DNA from: Aplysia californica
Taxonomy: Eukaryota
Direction: 5' to 3'
Assembly: GCF_000002075.1 (NCBI RefSeq)
Contig: NW_004797420.1
Span: 1,208,862 to 1,272,861, forward strand
DNA length: 64,000 bases
Shown: one piece after another, positions 13,301 through 28,043 of the stretch
How positions within the stretch are numbered: the first letter of the stretch is position 1
Layout of the letters: the number at the start of each line of letters is the position of its first letter
The notes under the pieces: generated by a model
Told to the model about the DNA's origin: nothing
The model's database searches: none
What the model saw: the letters and a program-made list of their open reading frames with translations, nothing else
Program-made: the position numbers and the translations under genes

Positions 13301-16300
13301 GTAAAACCAACACAATCAACTTAGGCTTCCTGTGGGTCAACTAGGTGCGATTCGCCAAGATGGATCTTGTTTTGCTTCATTTGCTTTTTTTTTTCTCTTT
13401 CTCGTCCCTCGACCCTTTACTTTAACATTTTGTCAATCAATGGACCATTGTTATAATAATATAATAATAATAATATATAACATTTATATAGAGCGCATTT
13501 CCAAAAAAGTAGCTCAATGCGCTTTACATTGGAATACTCATTTTTCAAAAACCTTTCTCCTACTTCCTTTCTTCTCATGCAATATACATTAATGCACGCG
13601 TACACACACACACACACACACACATACACACACACACACAGACTATTTTCATCCAGACAAAACAACTATAATGAAAAATAACGTTAAAAGCTTAAGGATA
13701 GGCCTGTAACCAAACATGCCTCCGAAAGCGTGTTATAAAAGAACTTTTTTTTCTTACTGTACAAGTTATAAGAAATCAGACTCGGGGAATTTATTATAAA
13801 AGCCTGCTTTAGTCGAAATCCTGTTATTAGCAAGATTGTTATAACTTTTTTTAGTGGGGCTCAAAGTACTCGTGTAGTGATAGGAGGAAATAATATGTGA
13901 TTGCTCATGGGGGATGCGTTGAAAAATAAAAGGAAAGTTTGGCAAACTGGCCGTTTTAGTTGTATCTCAATCATGACAAAACTTTTTATTTTGTAGCAAT
14001 TTTCTTGTTATTTATTTCTGGATCAGCCCTCGTTGCAGCACAGGCCTTGTTTCCGTGTATGGCTGACATACATCCTCAGCCATACTGGGACTTTCTTCAA
14101 CTTCAACCTCTCTATTTTTTTCTTAAATTATGTAAAGGTCTATGAGTTTTACGCCCCCGTCGACACAATTTAGATCACTGAAAACACGGGCTTCGACCCT
14201 GTCTTTCAGAACCGACCCGGGCTGAAAGAGAGATGCACAACAGAAAGAATGAAACACAGTCGCACCTGCCCGAACGGCCACTTGTACATGTATAAGACAG
14301 TTATATGTACAAACAGCCTTTTCCTCCTTGCGGTTGTTTGTTTGTTTTAACATTATATTATACTGATACTGTACGAGAATCACGAGGCGTAGGCAGCCAG
14401 TTTTCTCCTCAACAGTGGATGGCCGTCTTAACGTGACAATCCATATGTACGGCAGCGGCAGCGGCAGCGGCAGCGGCACGGCAGCGGCAGGCAGCGGGAC
14501 GATAAAAATCGCTCCAACAGAAATATCAATGTCTGAATCCATAAGTGCAGGACGGAGACAAAAATATGAATGTGGCAGAATAGGGTTGCCTGTGAAGAAT
14601 CTCTGTGTGATGCAGTCAATTCATTTGACACGAAAAACTTTCTGAAACCATTGCACCCCTGTGTCGTCGTTCATCCACCCATTTTCTTGATATGCCCAAA
14701 TGGTGCCTTCTGGGCTGTCCTGAATGGCAAAGGAATGGATGGACCTGTTCGTTATGCTAGTGACAAAAGATCAAGATACATGTAATTGCAACTTTACAAT
14801 ACTGGCGAAGTTACCCGTCGGCCGTGGCGAATTTACCCGACAATTGGTAACATTAGTAAAATGTATTTATTTAATTAAATTGATTGAAATAACAATTAAA
14901 TACCTCTTCATAGAGATAATAAAGCAGTTAAATTAATGGAATCAATGCAAGAACCTAGAAAATATGGAAAAGATGGTGGTATGTGCCTTTTGACTTTCGC
15001 TCTTTCAGAAGTTCACGCACCCAAAATCGATGCTGCCTTCGATGTCTTTTACGTTCTTTCTTCTTATCAACCAGATGCCAAATCATCAGCAGTATTCGTC
15101 CTTGTTTCATTAACCTAGACAGTTTTGACTGGGTAGGTGCCATGCTGCTCAAAACAAAAAAGGCGCCAACATGCCTTCCCCAATTGAATTTGCCACTTGC
15201 GATATCGCACATTTCGTCCCGCTGCCGTTCCGCACATAATATGGGTTTAATGTGACTTGCAGTACCGCACATATCGTCCCGCTGCCGTGCCGTCCCGCAC
15301 ATATGGATTGTCACCTTTAGATCCTTTCAACAGCACTTGATAAAAATTCAACCCAAACAAGAATTTAAAAAAGTCTCCTGTGTGTGACAGCGACACCCCT
15401 AATACATGTAATAGTAATAGCTACACCGTAGACGCCGGTGCTTCAGCCTCTGGCCTTGTACGGGAATGATGTTCCCCTTTTCCGCATTTAGNNNNNNNNN
15501 NNNNNNNNNNNNNNNNNNNNNNNNNNNNNNNNNNNNNNNNNNNNNNNNNNNNNNNNNNNNNNNNNNNNNNNNNNNNNNNNNNNNNNNNNNNNNNNNNNNN
15601 NNNNNNNNNNNNNNNNNNNNNNNNNNNNNNNNNNNNNNNNNNNNNNNNNNNNNNNNNNNNNNNNNNNNNNNNNNNNNNNNNNNNNNNNNNNNNNNNNNNN
15701 NNNNNNNNNNNNNNNNNNNNNNNNNNNNNNNNNNNNNNNNNNNNNNNNNNNNNNNNNNNNNNNNNNNNNNNNNNNNNNNNNNNGTCACAGTACCATGCCC
15801 TCAATACCTTGTTGGACATATCGTACCCCCCCCCCCCCTCCCAAAAAGTATCATATTGTCAGATTCAAAAGTGAGACCAGGAGATTTGCAAGCCTTTGAA
15901 ACAGTTGCCTTTTGTTTAGGGTTCACTTTTTTGCTTGTAGTTCACGTGATTTAAACCCCCATAGATACAATTTTGATCATTTACAGACAACCCGGGCGGA
16001 GGGGGGGGGGGGCTGCAACATCCCAGCACTGAGCTGTCATAATCTATACCTGGCTAGTAAGACATCAGAATCAAATAAGTTAGATTTTACACTGTGATCA
16101 TAGACAGTTAATGTTTTACGCCCCAATTGACACAGTGTTGATCAGGAGGCAAACTGCTGCAAGCCTGCCTGTCAGGGCCGACCTGGACTGGGAGAAGATA
16201 CAAAGTCCCAGCAAATAGACGGCGATACTTGATTTATTTTTTTTTAACCTCCCCATTCAGGAACTGAATCACATCATGTGACAGCCAAGCGCCTCACCAA

Positions 16301-19300
16301 TACACCCCAGACGGCGGTCTCAGTGGATATACATGTAATCGTGTATATGATATAAATATTATCTTACACAGATAGATGTGTGTGTGCGCGCATGTGTGTT
16401 GTCTGTCAGTGTCTTTTTGAGAGACCAAAAACATCCACATGCGCTCACTGCAGCCTGAGAAATCAACTCATGACCAAGTAGAAGAGAGTTCTGTCATGTG
16501 TACATGGCATCATACAAACATGTTACTGTGGGCCTACTGTAAAGCACAGAAAATTTGAGGGGAACTTTATACCCTACAGGAAATAATAAAAGGCTATTTT
16601 ATTAGTCAGAGAACTCATTCCTTCATCAGGGCACCAAGCCATCCGCAATGGGCACCCGGTATAAGAAAAATGTATCCACGGATGAGAAAGACAAAAACTG
16701 GAACACGACTCCTTCAAGTCAGACTTCAGAGAACCCTTTCCCCCTTTGTCGGACCGAGCTTAAGTAAAAGAGTAAAAAAAAAACTCTCCAAGGATGAGAT
16801 GGACAAAAACTGGAACACCACTCCTTCGAGTTAGAGTACCCTTTCCCCCATCGGCGGACCGGATTAAAAAGAGTAAGAAAAACCTCTCCAACGAAGAGAT
16901 TGACAAAAGTGGGGCACCACTCCTTCAAGTCAAGTCGGAAAACCCTTTGCCCATATTAGCGGACCGAGCTAAAAGTAAAAGAGTAAGAAAGTGGGACACC
17001 ACTGCTTAACATTTCTAAGCGTTCTACCTGCTGACTGAATTTGATATTGAACACACAAGAACCAGAAGTTCTCAATCAAGCTGAATACTTCTATTTCAGT
17101 TCACGAATGATGGATGGACCTGCAACAATTTTGGACACAATGGAAACAAGATCAATACTGTTATGTAATGCAGTACTGTGGTTTACAGCGAGTCAGCACG
17201 ATAAGCACTACCTCTTAGTACAAGTTACGAGATGACCATTATCACAATACAGGGTATTTGATTCAGGGTATAAAAAAGAAATAAACCACACGCGATAAAG
17301 ACTATTATTTTGTTATTGAACGGATCTAAATAACAATAACGTAAAATAAATCTGGGAAAAAAAAGTAGTAGTTGGCCACACCTGAACACCAACCACCTGC
17401 GCATGATAAAAAGTCATAAAACTATTTTGGGAGCACAAACCATCACAGAGATTATGATGTCTGTTACCAGATTGAAAGATGTGCACAAACACGATATCTT
17501 AGGGAATGGGTTTAACACCCCTTTCAACACTGAGAAGTTTCTTTACGCCCAACAGGACCCAGCAAGGCTGGTAAGAGCAGGTGCATTGGTAATCTGCACA
17601 ACCTGTGTATTCCACTGTCAAAATAACATTAAACAAATTAATTTTACCAACAAGTACATACACACAAGGTCTACTTTTACTATTACCCCAAATAAAATTA
17701 ATAGGCGAATATCTTAAGCTGTGCATTTCACTAGGGGGGGGGGGGGGTTAAAAACTGCAACAAAGATGATTTTGAAGTCATTAGAACCAGAAAAACCTTC
17801 CTCTATAACATACAGAAAAGGGGTATGAATCGGAAAGGTGAAAGGAGTACATTTGTTTAATATGACCTTTAATGGTATAGTACCGAAATAGTCAAATATC
17901 GATGCCAAACTATTTTAAAATAGCACGACATATCTTACAACGCATCAATTTTACATCACTGCACGGGACTCTGTTCCTTGAAGCTTATGTTTCCCATCCT
18001 AACTGGGGGACTTTGAGTCCTCATCCCTCCGATTTTTTGGAGAGCCAAAATAGTAGAAGTAGTAATGTACATTGAGTAATCGATATCTTGTAACCACGAG
18101 AACTAAATATTTACAAAGAGATAGGCTACAATTGACATGAAAGACAGTGAGGGGGNNNNNNNNNNNNNNNNNNNNNNNNNNNNNNNNNNNNNNNNNNNNN
18201 NNNNNNNNNNNNNNNNNNNNNNNNNNNNNNNNNNNNNNNNNNNNNNNNNNNNNNNNNNNNNNNNNNNNNNNNNNNNNNNNNNNNNNNNNNNNNNNNNNNN
18301 NNNNNNNNNNNNNNNNNNNNNNNNNNNNNNNNNNNNNNNNNNNNNNNNNNNNNNNNNNNNNNNNNNNNNNNNNNNNNNNNNNNNNNNNNNNNNNNNNNNN
18401 NNNNNNNNNNNNNNNNNNNNNNNNNNNNNNNNNNNNNNNNNNAAGATAGCCACCATATGTAAGCGACATTTCAGGGTTGGACAAAACAATTTCAGCCAAC
18501 ATTCATTAATAATTGATGAAATATTGTGTTACAGCCCTCGACGTTAGTCTAGAGCAACTGGAACTGTGTACTTACAGGCAGGAGAGCAATCTATCTAGTT
18601 CATTTTTCTTGCTGGTGCATTTCATGTATCTGCAGTATAATTTGCATAAATATCCCACAGTTTTGGAGAAGCACGTGTGGGGCTGGTCTCTTGTCCATGT
18701 AAATGGAAGAGAGTTTACCAGTGTTAATTAAGTTTTCAGCCCCAGCACTGTGGCTGAACAAATGGTATCTGAAAGACCACAGCTTGACTTCAAGTTCAAG
18801 ATAATCTCTTTAAAAAAAAGAATGACACTCTGTTGCATCCCAGTTTTCTCGCTCCCAGAGGCTTCCATGAACCACCTGGAAAGTGGTAGGTTTTACACTG
18901 ATGACCGAGGTATATAAACTTCTAAACGTTTTTCTTAGTTGAGTAGGTGTGAGCGCTTCTGTGATCCCCATGTCATGAAATGTTCTTTCTCCATCTGGAG
19001 TCATTTATTGTGGTCAAAGTTGAATACCTAAGTCTGAACACAGCTATGTGCTATGGTCGTGAATATTTCCAGTGACTCAGTGAGTAACCCAACAGCAGCA
19101 CTCAGTTTTGAACATCTGACTCTGAGTATGGGGGAGGGGGGGGGGCAGAGTCCCAGTGCGTTCAGTGAGTTCACAAGAAGCCTTGAGAAGAGAGAAGAGG
19201 CGATGGAAAAATACACAAATTTCTACCCTTAAAGGAGCAATCATTTGTCTTTTTCGGCTGACAACTATTTTCAGATGTGAATTGTAGTACATAAATATAT

Positions 19301-22300
19301 TGACAGTTTGAAGAAACAAAAAGTCACCAAGTTAGCGCGTGTTCTTCTCCATAAACATCCAAGTTAGATTTACTGATCAATAAGCTTCTTTTCCAATGCA
19401 GATTTTTGATCACTTGGTGAGCTGCCTTGACAATTTGCTTCGCCTGGCATCCTTAACGGCCTACTTTGGTGTTTCATAAAATTATCGTATTCGTATATAA
19501 TTGAAGAAGCCGATTACTTAAAATGTAAGTACTCCCTATCAACCTCCGCTATTATGTTAAGCTTTCCCTTGCACCCCATCAGTTCTTTCTTTTTCAGGTA
19601 CTGTGGCCCGTAATATAAACATATTGTGCCGTTCACCTCATACAGATGGTCTTTCAAAATGGTCATCAGATCCTGAATATTTGATCTGATCATATTCATT
19701 TGCCTTCAGACAGGGTACAACATAATGAACGGCATCTATCTTTAAAGCATCTTGAGGTCTCAATGATGTCCTCACTTTAGTGGATGCTTTAAAATGTTGA
19801 AGTTGCGACTGAATAAAAACAACCGAGAACAGTGGTTGTCTATTCGTCCTTTCGCAAGCGAATGACATTATACTGTCCTCGGAGAAATTCGCACCCGCAA
19901 CCGCCGCGCGCGCGCAACTTTTGCCCTCAGCGCAACGTTTGCCATTTTCGTGAATTCGCGAATTTTAGCTATTTTTCCGCAGAAGTTGGAAAAATAATAA
20001 TAAAATTTCGTTAAAAACCCCGAAACTTTCTTCCACAACTAAAAATAACGACGCCAAGGGGGAATTCGCTCCTTTGCACTACGCGGTGTCCAGTAACAAA
20101 AACAAAAAAGAGTAAATCTTCACTCAGAGTAGAGCGGTACGCACGGCATTGTGGCGAAACAGTGGGTCCTCGACCGGCAAGCACGATATGCCTTTTCGCA
20201 CTTTACACACTGGCACATGTACTATATCAAGGCTACATGACATTAGATCTAGTCTACTAATTTTGATTACACCGGTGCGGTTAAAGTGGTAAAATGACAC
20301 CGTAGGTTTTTCCAGAAAAGTTCCACTTGTACCGTATTTAATTATTGTGTCACATGTTGTGTATGCATGTTTTTCATTAATAGGCCTACTATTATTTTAA
20401 AAAATTTTTAAAGTAAAGCGCATAGAAGAGTAATTGTAACACGGATTTGCGCGATAGAAACGTCATATTATTATACATAAGTGAATGATGTAATATTACG
20501 GGATTTCTTTTTTTTTTTGGGGGGGGGGTGTAAGAAAAGTGTAAAGGGGCAGGGGGAGGGGGGGGGCAAAAAGTCCCAAAAGAAGGTGTAAGATATATCT
20601 CACACCAGCCCAACGTCTGCGAGAGTTCAATCAAGGACCTGACGCATGTGTCAGGGGACAAACTGTTTTTGTACACCATGCAACCTCCATGCAGTTTTGG
20701 GTTTTTTCGGTAGACATTCACATTTAATTTTTGATTTTGATGTAACAAAATATGTTGGTTAGTTTAATTGCAATGAGCACCAATAAATGTATTCCAGTAG
20801 TTCCATATCATTTTTTTAGCTATACTATACACGTTTTGCAACTTCTTTTTTTTTAACTTTTGCTATTTTTATACACGTTTTGCAACTTTTCTTTTTTTTT
20901 TTTTACTTTTGCTATTTTCAAATGCAACTTTCTCTGAGAACAGATTATAGGCCTCTCTGACTTTGAGTGCAAAGTTTTCTTTTCAGACCATAAAACATTC
21001 AGCAGGTGCTAAAATGAAACTCTTGGAGACTTAACCGAAGTTCGTGTTTTAGCCAGTTAAGCTTCCTGGACAGTGACTACTCTTTCTATGTTTTGCAAAA
21101 AGATGTTGCACTCATGTAAGATCGGTGACATGGAATGTGCACTTGGCACCCTTCAGTCACATCTATATCTTTGTATGTTGTACAACTGCTAGAAAACCAT
21201 TCACACCTTGTTATGTCAATTGCACAAAGGGCAATCCTTTAGAGGGAAATTACACCGAAAACAAACATCCAATGAAAAGCTGTGACTGAGACTTTTTACA
21301 TAAAAGCACAGATACCGATGACGAGTACCCCATTTTCGGGAATATCCGAACAAATTACGTAAATATTCTCGCCTCAAAGCGAGTATGGTAAATTGATTTG
21401 GTTGTAATATAAATTTCTCTTTTTTTGGCAACTTTTAACGCATTTTAAAACGATTTCCTCCACGATTTCGATGTTGATTTTTAGTATGTTATTACACGCA
21501 ATTTTATCTGTCGAACCATATAAGTTTTGTTTTTGTACCAATTTTTTAGGGTCTACCCTTACCTTTTTTCCACTTCCTCTATAACGCTACCGTTCAAGTT
21601 CAAGAACTACCAAATGAAAAATCACAGTCTTGTAAAATTTTATTAGAGAATTCTCTCAAAATATTCACAAAATATATAACAAGTTCCTTTGCAATTAACA
21701 ATACAAAATGCATCAAGACTCAACAATGTATGTACATGATTCCTTCTGAAAAACTCTGGGTTATTTTTTTTTTTTCATTTTTCTTTCACTCGCTCTACTT
21801 TCACATGCATGGACACAGACACACACACCATTTGCTCCTATATTTAAAAACAATATTTGAAATTACTTCAACACTAAGACAAGAAACGAATCAGTCTTCT
21901 ACATAATATAAATGGCAAATGAACACAGTGAAAGTTCAACGAGGAAACACAACAAGTACAAATTCATTTAATCGCAACTTAAAACCAGGAAGAGTGACAA
22001 ATTGTATCATATCAAATTCACTGCAAATTTATTCTGAAACAGTATAAAAATGGCAGAACTGAGCAAAATAGATCTATCACAAGGCTGACAAGGTTTTTAC
22101 ATAGATCATAGAAAATAGAGAGAGAGCAAACTAAAACTCGTGGACTAATTTTCGGAACAAAGGGAAAAGAAACCTAACCAAAGTACCAGCCAATCACACA
22201 TAGTATACTGAAAGCCTGATGTCAAAGGGGATTCAAAAGGAATTACTTTAAACAGTTCAGCTAGGTGACGAAAATGCACCTGACCACAGAAAAGAAATAC

Positions 22301-25300
22301 AAACATGTTTGTTTGAGTTTTAAGAAAGCACCTCAACACAATTATAATTATTATACATGTAGTAATTTGTGTTACAACACAATGGAAGCAGGCATTCGTC
22401 AGTTTTTCGGTATATGGATTATTGTAATTAGTATCATTTTACAGATTGTTTATTTGTCTTGCTTGTAATTTTAAAAATACCCATCTGTCTTGAATAGAAG
22501 AAATCGAGATATTTGTGATTAAAAGAGATGGGCGTCATCTTGTATCAGAGGTAAAATTAGAATGGAAATGGCAGCCAAAGTTTGAGGACTTCCAAAGTGT
22601 CAGTGTCCTTGCAAATGGCAATTTTACGGGGGGACCTTTTATAAGCCTTTAGTTTTAGTCCACATTTTTCAGTAAATTACATACAGAAATGTGTTTTTAA
22701 ATGGACATATAAGGTGTTGCCCCCCCCCCCAAAAAAAAAAAAGAAAAAGATTTAAACTTGCCCAAACAGGCTAAAATAATTTTTTCTTTGATTTCATTAT
22801 TTTTACAAGTGCCTGATTTTACCATGATGCCACACATTTAGTACTGAGAAAAAGCAAAGACAAACAGACAGAAATGAACAAGAGAAAGCACAGAAGAAGT
22901 CCTCAAACCATCTGCGTAAAGAGCCATGAAATAATACACAACTGGATGGCCTTCTTATTAATTCGGTTTGGAGAAAAGGATGCCTGCATAAAAATGGTCA
23001 CACAACACTTTTCAAAAATTGACATGGCGACCTTCATTTATTCACTGGGCTATGAAGTTAGATCTAGATTCTGAAACAAGATAGAGACAGCAATATCTTT
23101 TTTTTTTTGTGTATATTTGGTAAGTGTTTCACGGCGCTCGCAACTACATAAGGTCATCATATGAGCACGCGGGACACATTAATGTCTTCAGTTTGGTAGA
23201 AATTAATTTTGAATCTTGTCCAGGTGCCGGCCAAAGCCTACTCTTATCGATTTTGAACCATCAAGGTGTCTTGTAACAAGCGCAACTTGCACACAGGACC
23301 TCCAAGATTTTTCACCCTCATCCGAGAAGGCTAGGTGTTAGATCTTGTCTACTCTAAGATCAGGGGTGTGGCTGAAACTGAAAGACAGAAGTAAGAAGGA
23401 GCCAAGAAGAAGCCAAAGAGTAGCAGTAGAAAGGCTGCAGAAAGAGTCAGGAGCCACAGAGGTGGGCAAAGGGGTGAGATGGTGGGGGCTGAAAGTGGAG
23501 ACGAAAGCGGACGGCAGAAAAAGGTTAGAGAGCAGGAAAGGCGGTGAAAAGAGAAAACTTTAGATAAGAAAACTTTCCGTCGCCGTCAGGTTTCGAACCT
23601 GGGACCTATTGAATGAGAGGCAAACACCGTAACTACTAGACCACAAGAGCCCCTCAGCAATATCTGGTTCTGATCCGATCATACTTCCTCAACAATGAAA
23701 AACCAACCTGGAAACGCTCAAAATGTTCAGAACACTCGCACAACCCACACTTACATACTTTTGCCACTGAGCATATTTTTGCCATTTCTCCCAGTTAAAA
23801 CCTTCAGTGCCATTTGTTTATAAAAATCATGCAGACTTCATGTTCAAGTAACATTCAAACACATACAGAAAACTCAAAACTAATTGCATCTCACCAAAAA
23901 TTATGTGTTATCTGACAATATCAGTAATAACAACCATCACATTAATATGTGGCACGACGCAGTGGAATCAGGCGCAGGTCAATTTTTGGACACGTGGAAT
24001 TATTGTTAGGTATCATTTTAAAGCTTTCATTTGTTTTTCTTTCGGTGAAAAAAAACGTATCTATCATGAACAGAAGTCGAGACATTTGCGATTGAAGGAG
24101 GTGGGGATCGTCTGGTTTCAGAGGTAAAATTAGCAAGAAGATGGCCGCCAAAATATAGCGACTTCCAAAGCTTGAGAGTCCTTGGAAACTGCAAATTTAC
24201 ATTTTTACATTACGGTGTTGAGTCAAAAAACAAAAATTTGATAAAAATTGCCAAACGGACTGAAAAATTCCACTTTCTTTGATTTCATTATTTTGACGAG
24301 CCCCCGATTTCACCACAATGCCTCACATATGTTTGCGAACTCATCCAAGTCACTACCTCACCTCAGCATACAATAACTGTGAGCGGAGTGTCACATGACT
24401 TTGGATGACATGGACAACATAACATGCCAGCTTGATCAAAAGGTTTCAGCTTATTTTCCATCAGAGACTAGTATTTATAAACCTTTACCTCCCAGTAAGT
24501 GGCCTTAGATGACACAGAACTACAACAAGACTGTCATCTTTTTGCTGTCACAGCGCTGCATTGACTTCGTTCCACTTTTTCCATTGTTTGTACTTGCTCT
24601 CAAAGCATCTGCTTCGGCATCCTTTGAGTGCTCCACCGCTTGTCACAAATCATGTTCAAGAATTATCAAACGTTTCACAGTAACTGCTGTTCGTATAGGC
24701 AATGAAATGACACAAGAAGTTATTTTTTGTATGACAAAGTCTGAATAAAACAAGAAGCTCAGTCAGTATCAAGGCAAATCAAGGCAACAAACAGAAATAA
24801 GAGAAAAGTAAAGACATGGGACTCGTATGATGAGTGGTGCCTTTTAAACAACAAATTTAAGGAATACCATTACGTTGCTTGGAAGTTCAGGCATTTGTGG
24901 ACTTGAAAGCCTAGCAAATCTTTCTTGAAAGAAACACAATGAACAGAAAATATAACTTTAAAGAACAGCTGAAATAGCAGTGCAAAGTTCAAATGAACTT
25001 TCTGTCACCAACAAAAGAGCATTTTCTAAGCATTAAGCTTAAACGCCTGGTTCATGCCACACTTTTTTAAATGCATTTTTACATAAAATCATTGCAGTAC
25101 CCCCCCCCCCCCCCCCCCAAAAAAAAAATTATAAAAATAATACTCCAAGAAATCAGTGATGTTCTGACAAACTTTGCTCCCAAATTCCAGTCCTAGCCTT
25201 GTACAAAGCACTGTGCATTTCCATCATACACCACTGTTTGGCTGTGGGCTCCAAACCTTTCAAGGCTGCCCCAATATACTGAGAAAAATAGTCTTCTTCC

Positions 25301-27978
25301 GATTTATTATTGTATTCCGTATCGTCCGTGACACTGTGGTTCACATCTCCATTGGAAGTGACGTTATCTTCCATTCTCCTTTTCCTGCTGCTTGAGGCAC
25401 TAGGTCTCGATGAAGAAGCCACAGGATGGTCATCACTGAGGCAAGAGTTGTCTGCCTCTTCCACTTTTTCAACAACAAAGTTTTCCTGTTGATAAAAATA
25501 CAAAATACACATGAAAAAACAAATAAATAAAAACTGGCGACTATGCAGGCTTACTTTGGTCAAAACGATTAAAAGTAGATACATTTACTTTTTTTAATGT
25601 ATTTATCTGAAATCAAATTTTGACACTCACGTGGTACACAAAGTGAAACTGTTTTAGTGTTGAGAAAAACATTTTAACTGAAAACAAAACCAAAAAATTA
25701 TGATATTCTGTATGTATTAGGGCCAAAATGTGTCAGTCTAAAGTTGCTTATCTAAAAATCAGTTTTGCACATAACGTCTGTAAGACAAAGAAAAGAAAGA
25801 CCCCTTTTTTTTATCTAGCTCAGCTACAATAATGACTCCCTCTTCCTGTTTTCTTTATCGGTTTATGATGACTCCATCGTCCATCCTGTTTTCTTTATCA
25901 GTTTATGAAATAAAATAGTTCCCAAAAAGATGCAATTAATGCAAAAAAATGAGACAGCAACCATGATTTTTCTTCTCTACTGATTCCAGTTATAATCAAC
26001 TACTAGCGATGGTAAATCTATATAAGATTCTTACATCAGTGATTCCTAACAAATTGCTACAGCCATCTTCAGAGTTTAAAAATTAACGATTGTTCTTCGG
26101 CAGGCTGGTAGGTTAACACATACTTCCAATGTACTTTTTCATACTAAACTTAGTTAGTAGTATAGGGATTTACGGCGCTCACAACTGCATACGGTCATAT
26201 GAGCGCACATACTAAACTTAAACTAAAGTAAATGCAGTCTTACTCTAAAACATGACAAGAATAAAGCTTAACACTCCAGAAGTAATGTAAAAAATAAGAA
26301 CTGACAATGAGAGTCAATCGTCATCATAGAGTGCCAGCAGACATCCATGATCATGGTTTGTCCCTCTTTCCTCTACTCAGATACTCTTTAAAAAAACACA
26401 ACCCATATTGTCCTGATCTTTCGCCATTACCTGTCAGTACAAGTTCTTTAGCAAGTTGTTTTCGTTCCATCCCTGGCCAGACTCATTTGCCTTCAACTTT
26501 TCCAAGATGTTCAAGGCCCTTACGTACATTCAAGTGATTTAGAAACTGCATTTCGTCTCTTCCTATTGTTTTTATTAGTAAGCGGCCCAACTGAGCTTCT
26601 CTCATTCTATCTCATTTGGTTTCCTTTCCTCCCATGTAATTCTCAACAGTCTCCTAAATCCCATTTCTGTTGCTTCAACTTCAAGTTATTTTTACAATCT
26701 TTGGCCCAGAATTCACAACCATATAAAAGAGTTGACGATACAGTCTTTTTAAACTCTTATTTTGATTGTCATTAAGATAATTTTGTTTTTCGGGGTTGGA
26801 CTAATTCATTTATCTGATATTATCTTTAACTATTGCAATGCTTTGTTTTATTTATGTGACACATTTAGTTAGCATCTGATGTAATGTTGAATCTGTTGAT
26901 CTTTTCATCTTTACTGATAAGATTACAAATAGGAATTCCAGCTTTAAAATAATACTATGCATTCTGTTTTCTTTACATTTAAAATATCACCCGTCCATAA
27001 GTTCACTTTCTGTAACAAAAATAGTAGCAATTGAAGGTCCTTTTCCAAATCTGAAATTAAGACTGTGTGATCAGCACCTAGTGTAATTAAAAGACCTGGA
27101 CTTTTTTTATATTTACAAGTAATAATTGTTTTATTGAATGGAGGTCTTGGGACATAACACAGCCTTGCCTAATCCTCTGTCAATCTGTTAATCTCTGCTG
27201 CCTCCCCCTCAATTCCTGCAGCAGTGTTTTGCTGCCAGTAAAGATTTCTAATAATACTTGAACTTTTTCATCTATCTCTAAATAATAATAATGTGGCGTC
27301 GGTGGCCTAGTGGTTAGGCTCCCGGACTCGCAACCGTAAGGTCGTGGGTTCGAATCCCGTCAGGGACCCGACGTTGTGTCCTTGGAAAGGCATTTTACAC
27401 AAATTTTCCTCACTTCACCCAGGTGGGAATGGGTACCCGGCTATAGACAGCGAAAGATCTTGTCAGTTTGTTAGTGTTTGAGCACTTAATCAGCTGCTTG
27501 CACTGTATGCTTCCCAGGAAGCTGAGAATGTTTCGGAATGTTCTATGGTCTGCTGGGGTAATAATATAGTGTAAAGCGCATAGAGCCTGCTGTTGAGCGG
27601 GGATATGCGTTATACAAATGCTATTTATTATTTGTGGCGTCGGTGGCCTAGTGGTTAGGCTCTCGGACTCGCAACCGCAAGGTCGTGGGTTCGAATCCCG
27701 TCAGGGGCCCGACGTTGTGTCCTTGGGAAAGGCACTTTGCACAAATTTTCCTCACTTCACCCTGGTGGAAATGGGTACCCAGCTATAGACAGAGAAAGAT
27801 ATTGTCAGTTTGATAGTGTTTGAGTGCGTGAAATCCGCTGCTTGCACTGTATGCTTCCGCGGAAGCTGAGAATGTTTCGGAGTGTTCTATGGTCTGCTGG
27901 GGTAATAATATAGTGTAAAGCGCATAGAGCCTGCTGTTGAGCGGGGATATGCGCTATACAAATGCTATTTATTATTAT

Positions 27979-28043
<65 letters not shown>

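Noticed and set aside
20124-20152. Alternative ABCC1 first exon MPCVPLYS
   Set aside because: The only nearby GT gives phase 2, incompatible with the phase-0 exon 2, and the frame otherwise stops
24487-24741. Extra minus-strand exon with plausible splice sites downstream of the MADF stop
   Set aside because: Stops in the frames examined and no homology recognised; at most UTR
27292-27365. tRNA genes (also 3945, 12536, 27633, 34588, ~62020)
   Set aside because: A/B boxes are present but there is no proper acceptor stem, and most continue into a repeated SINE body with tail and TSD; these are SINE heads
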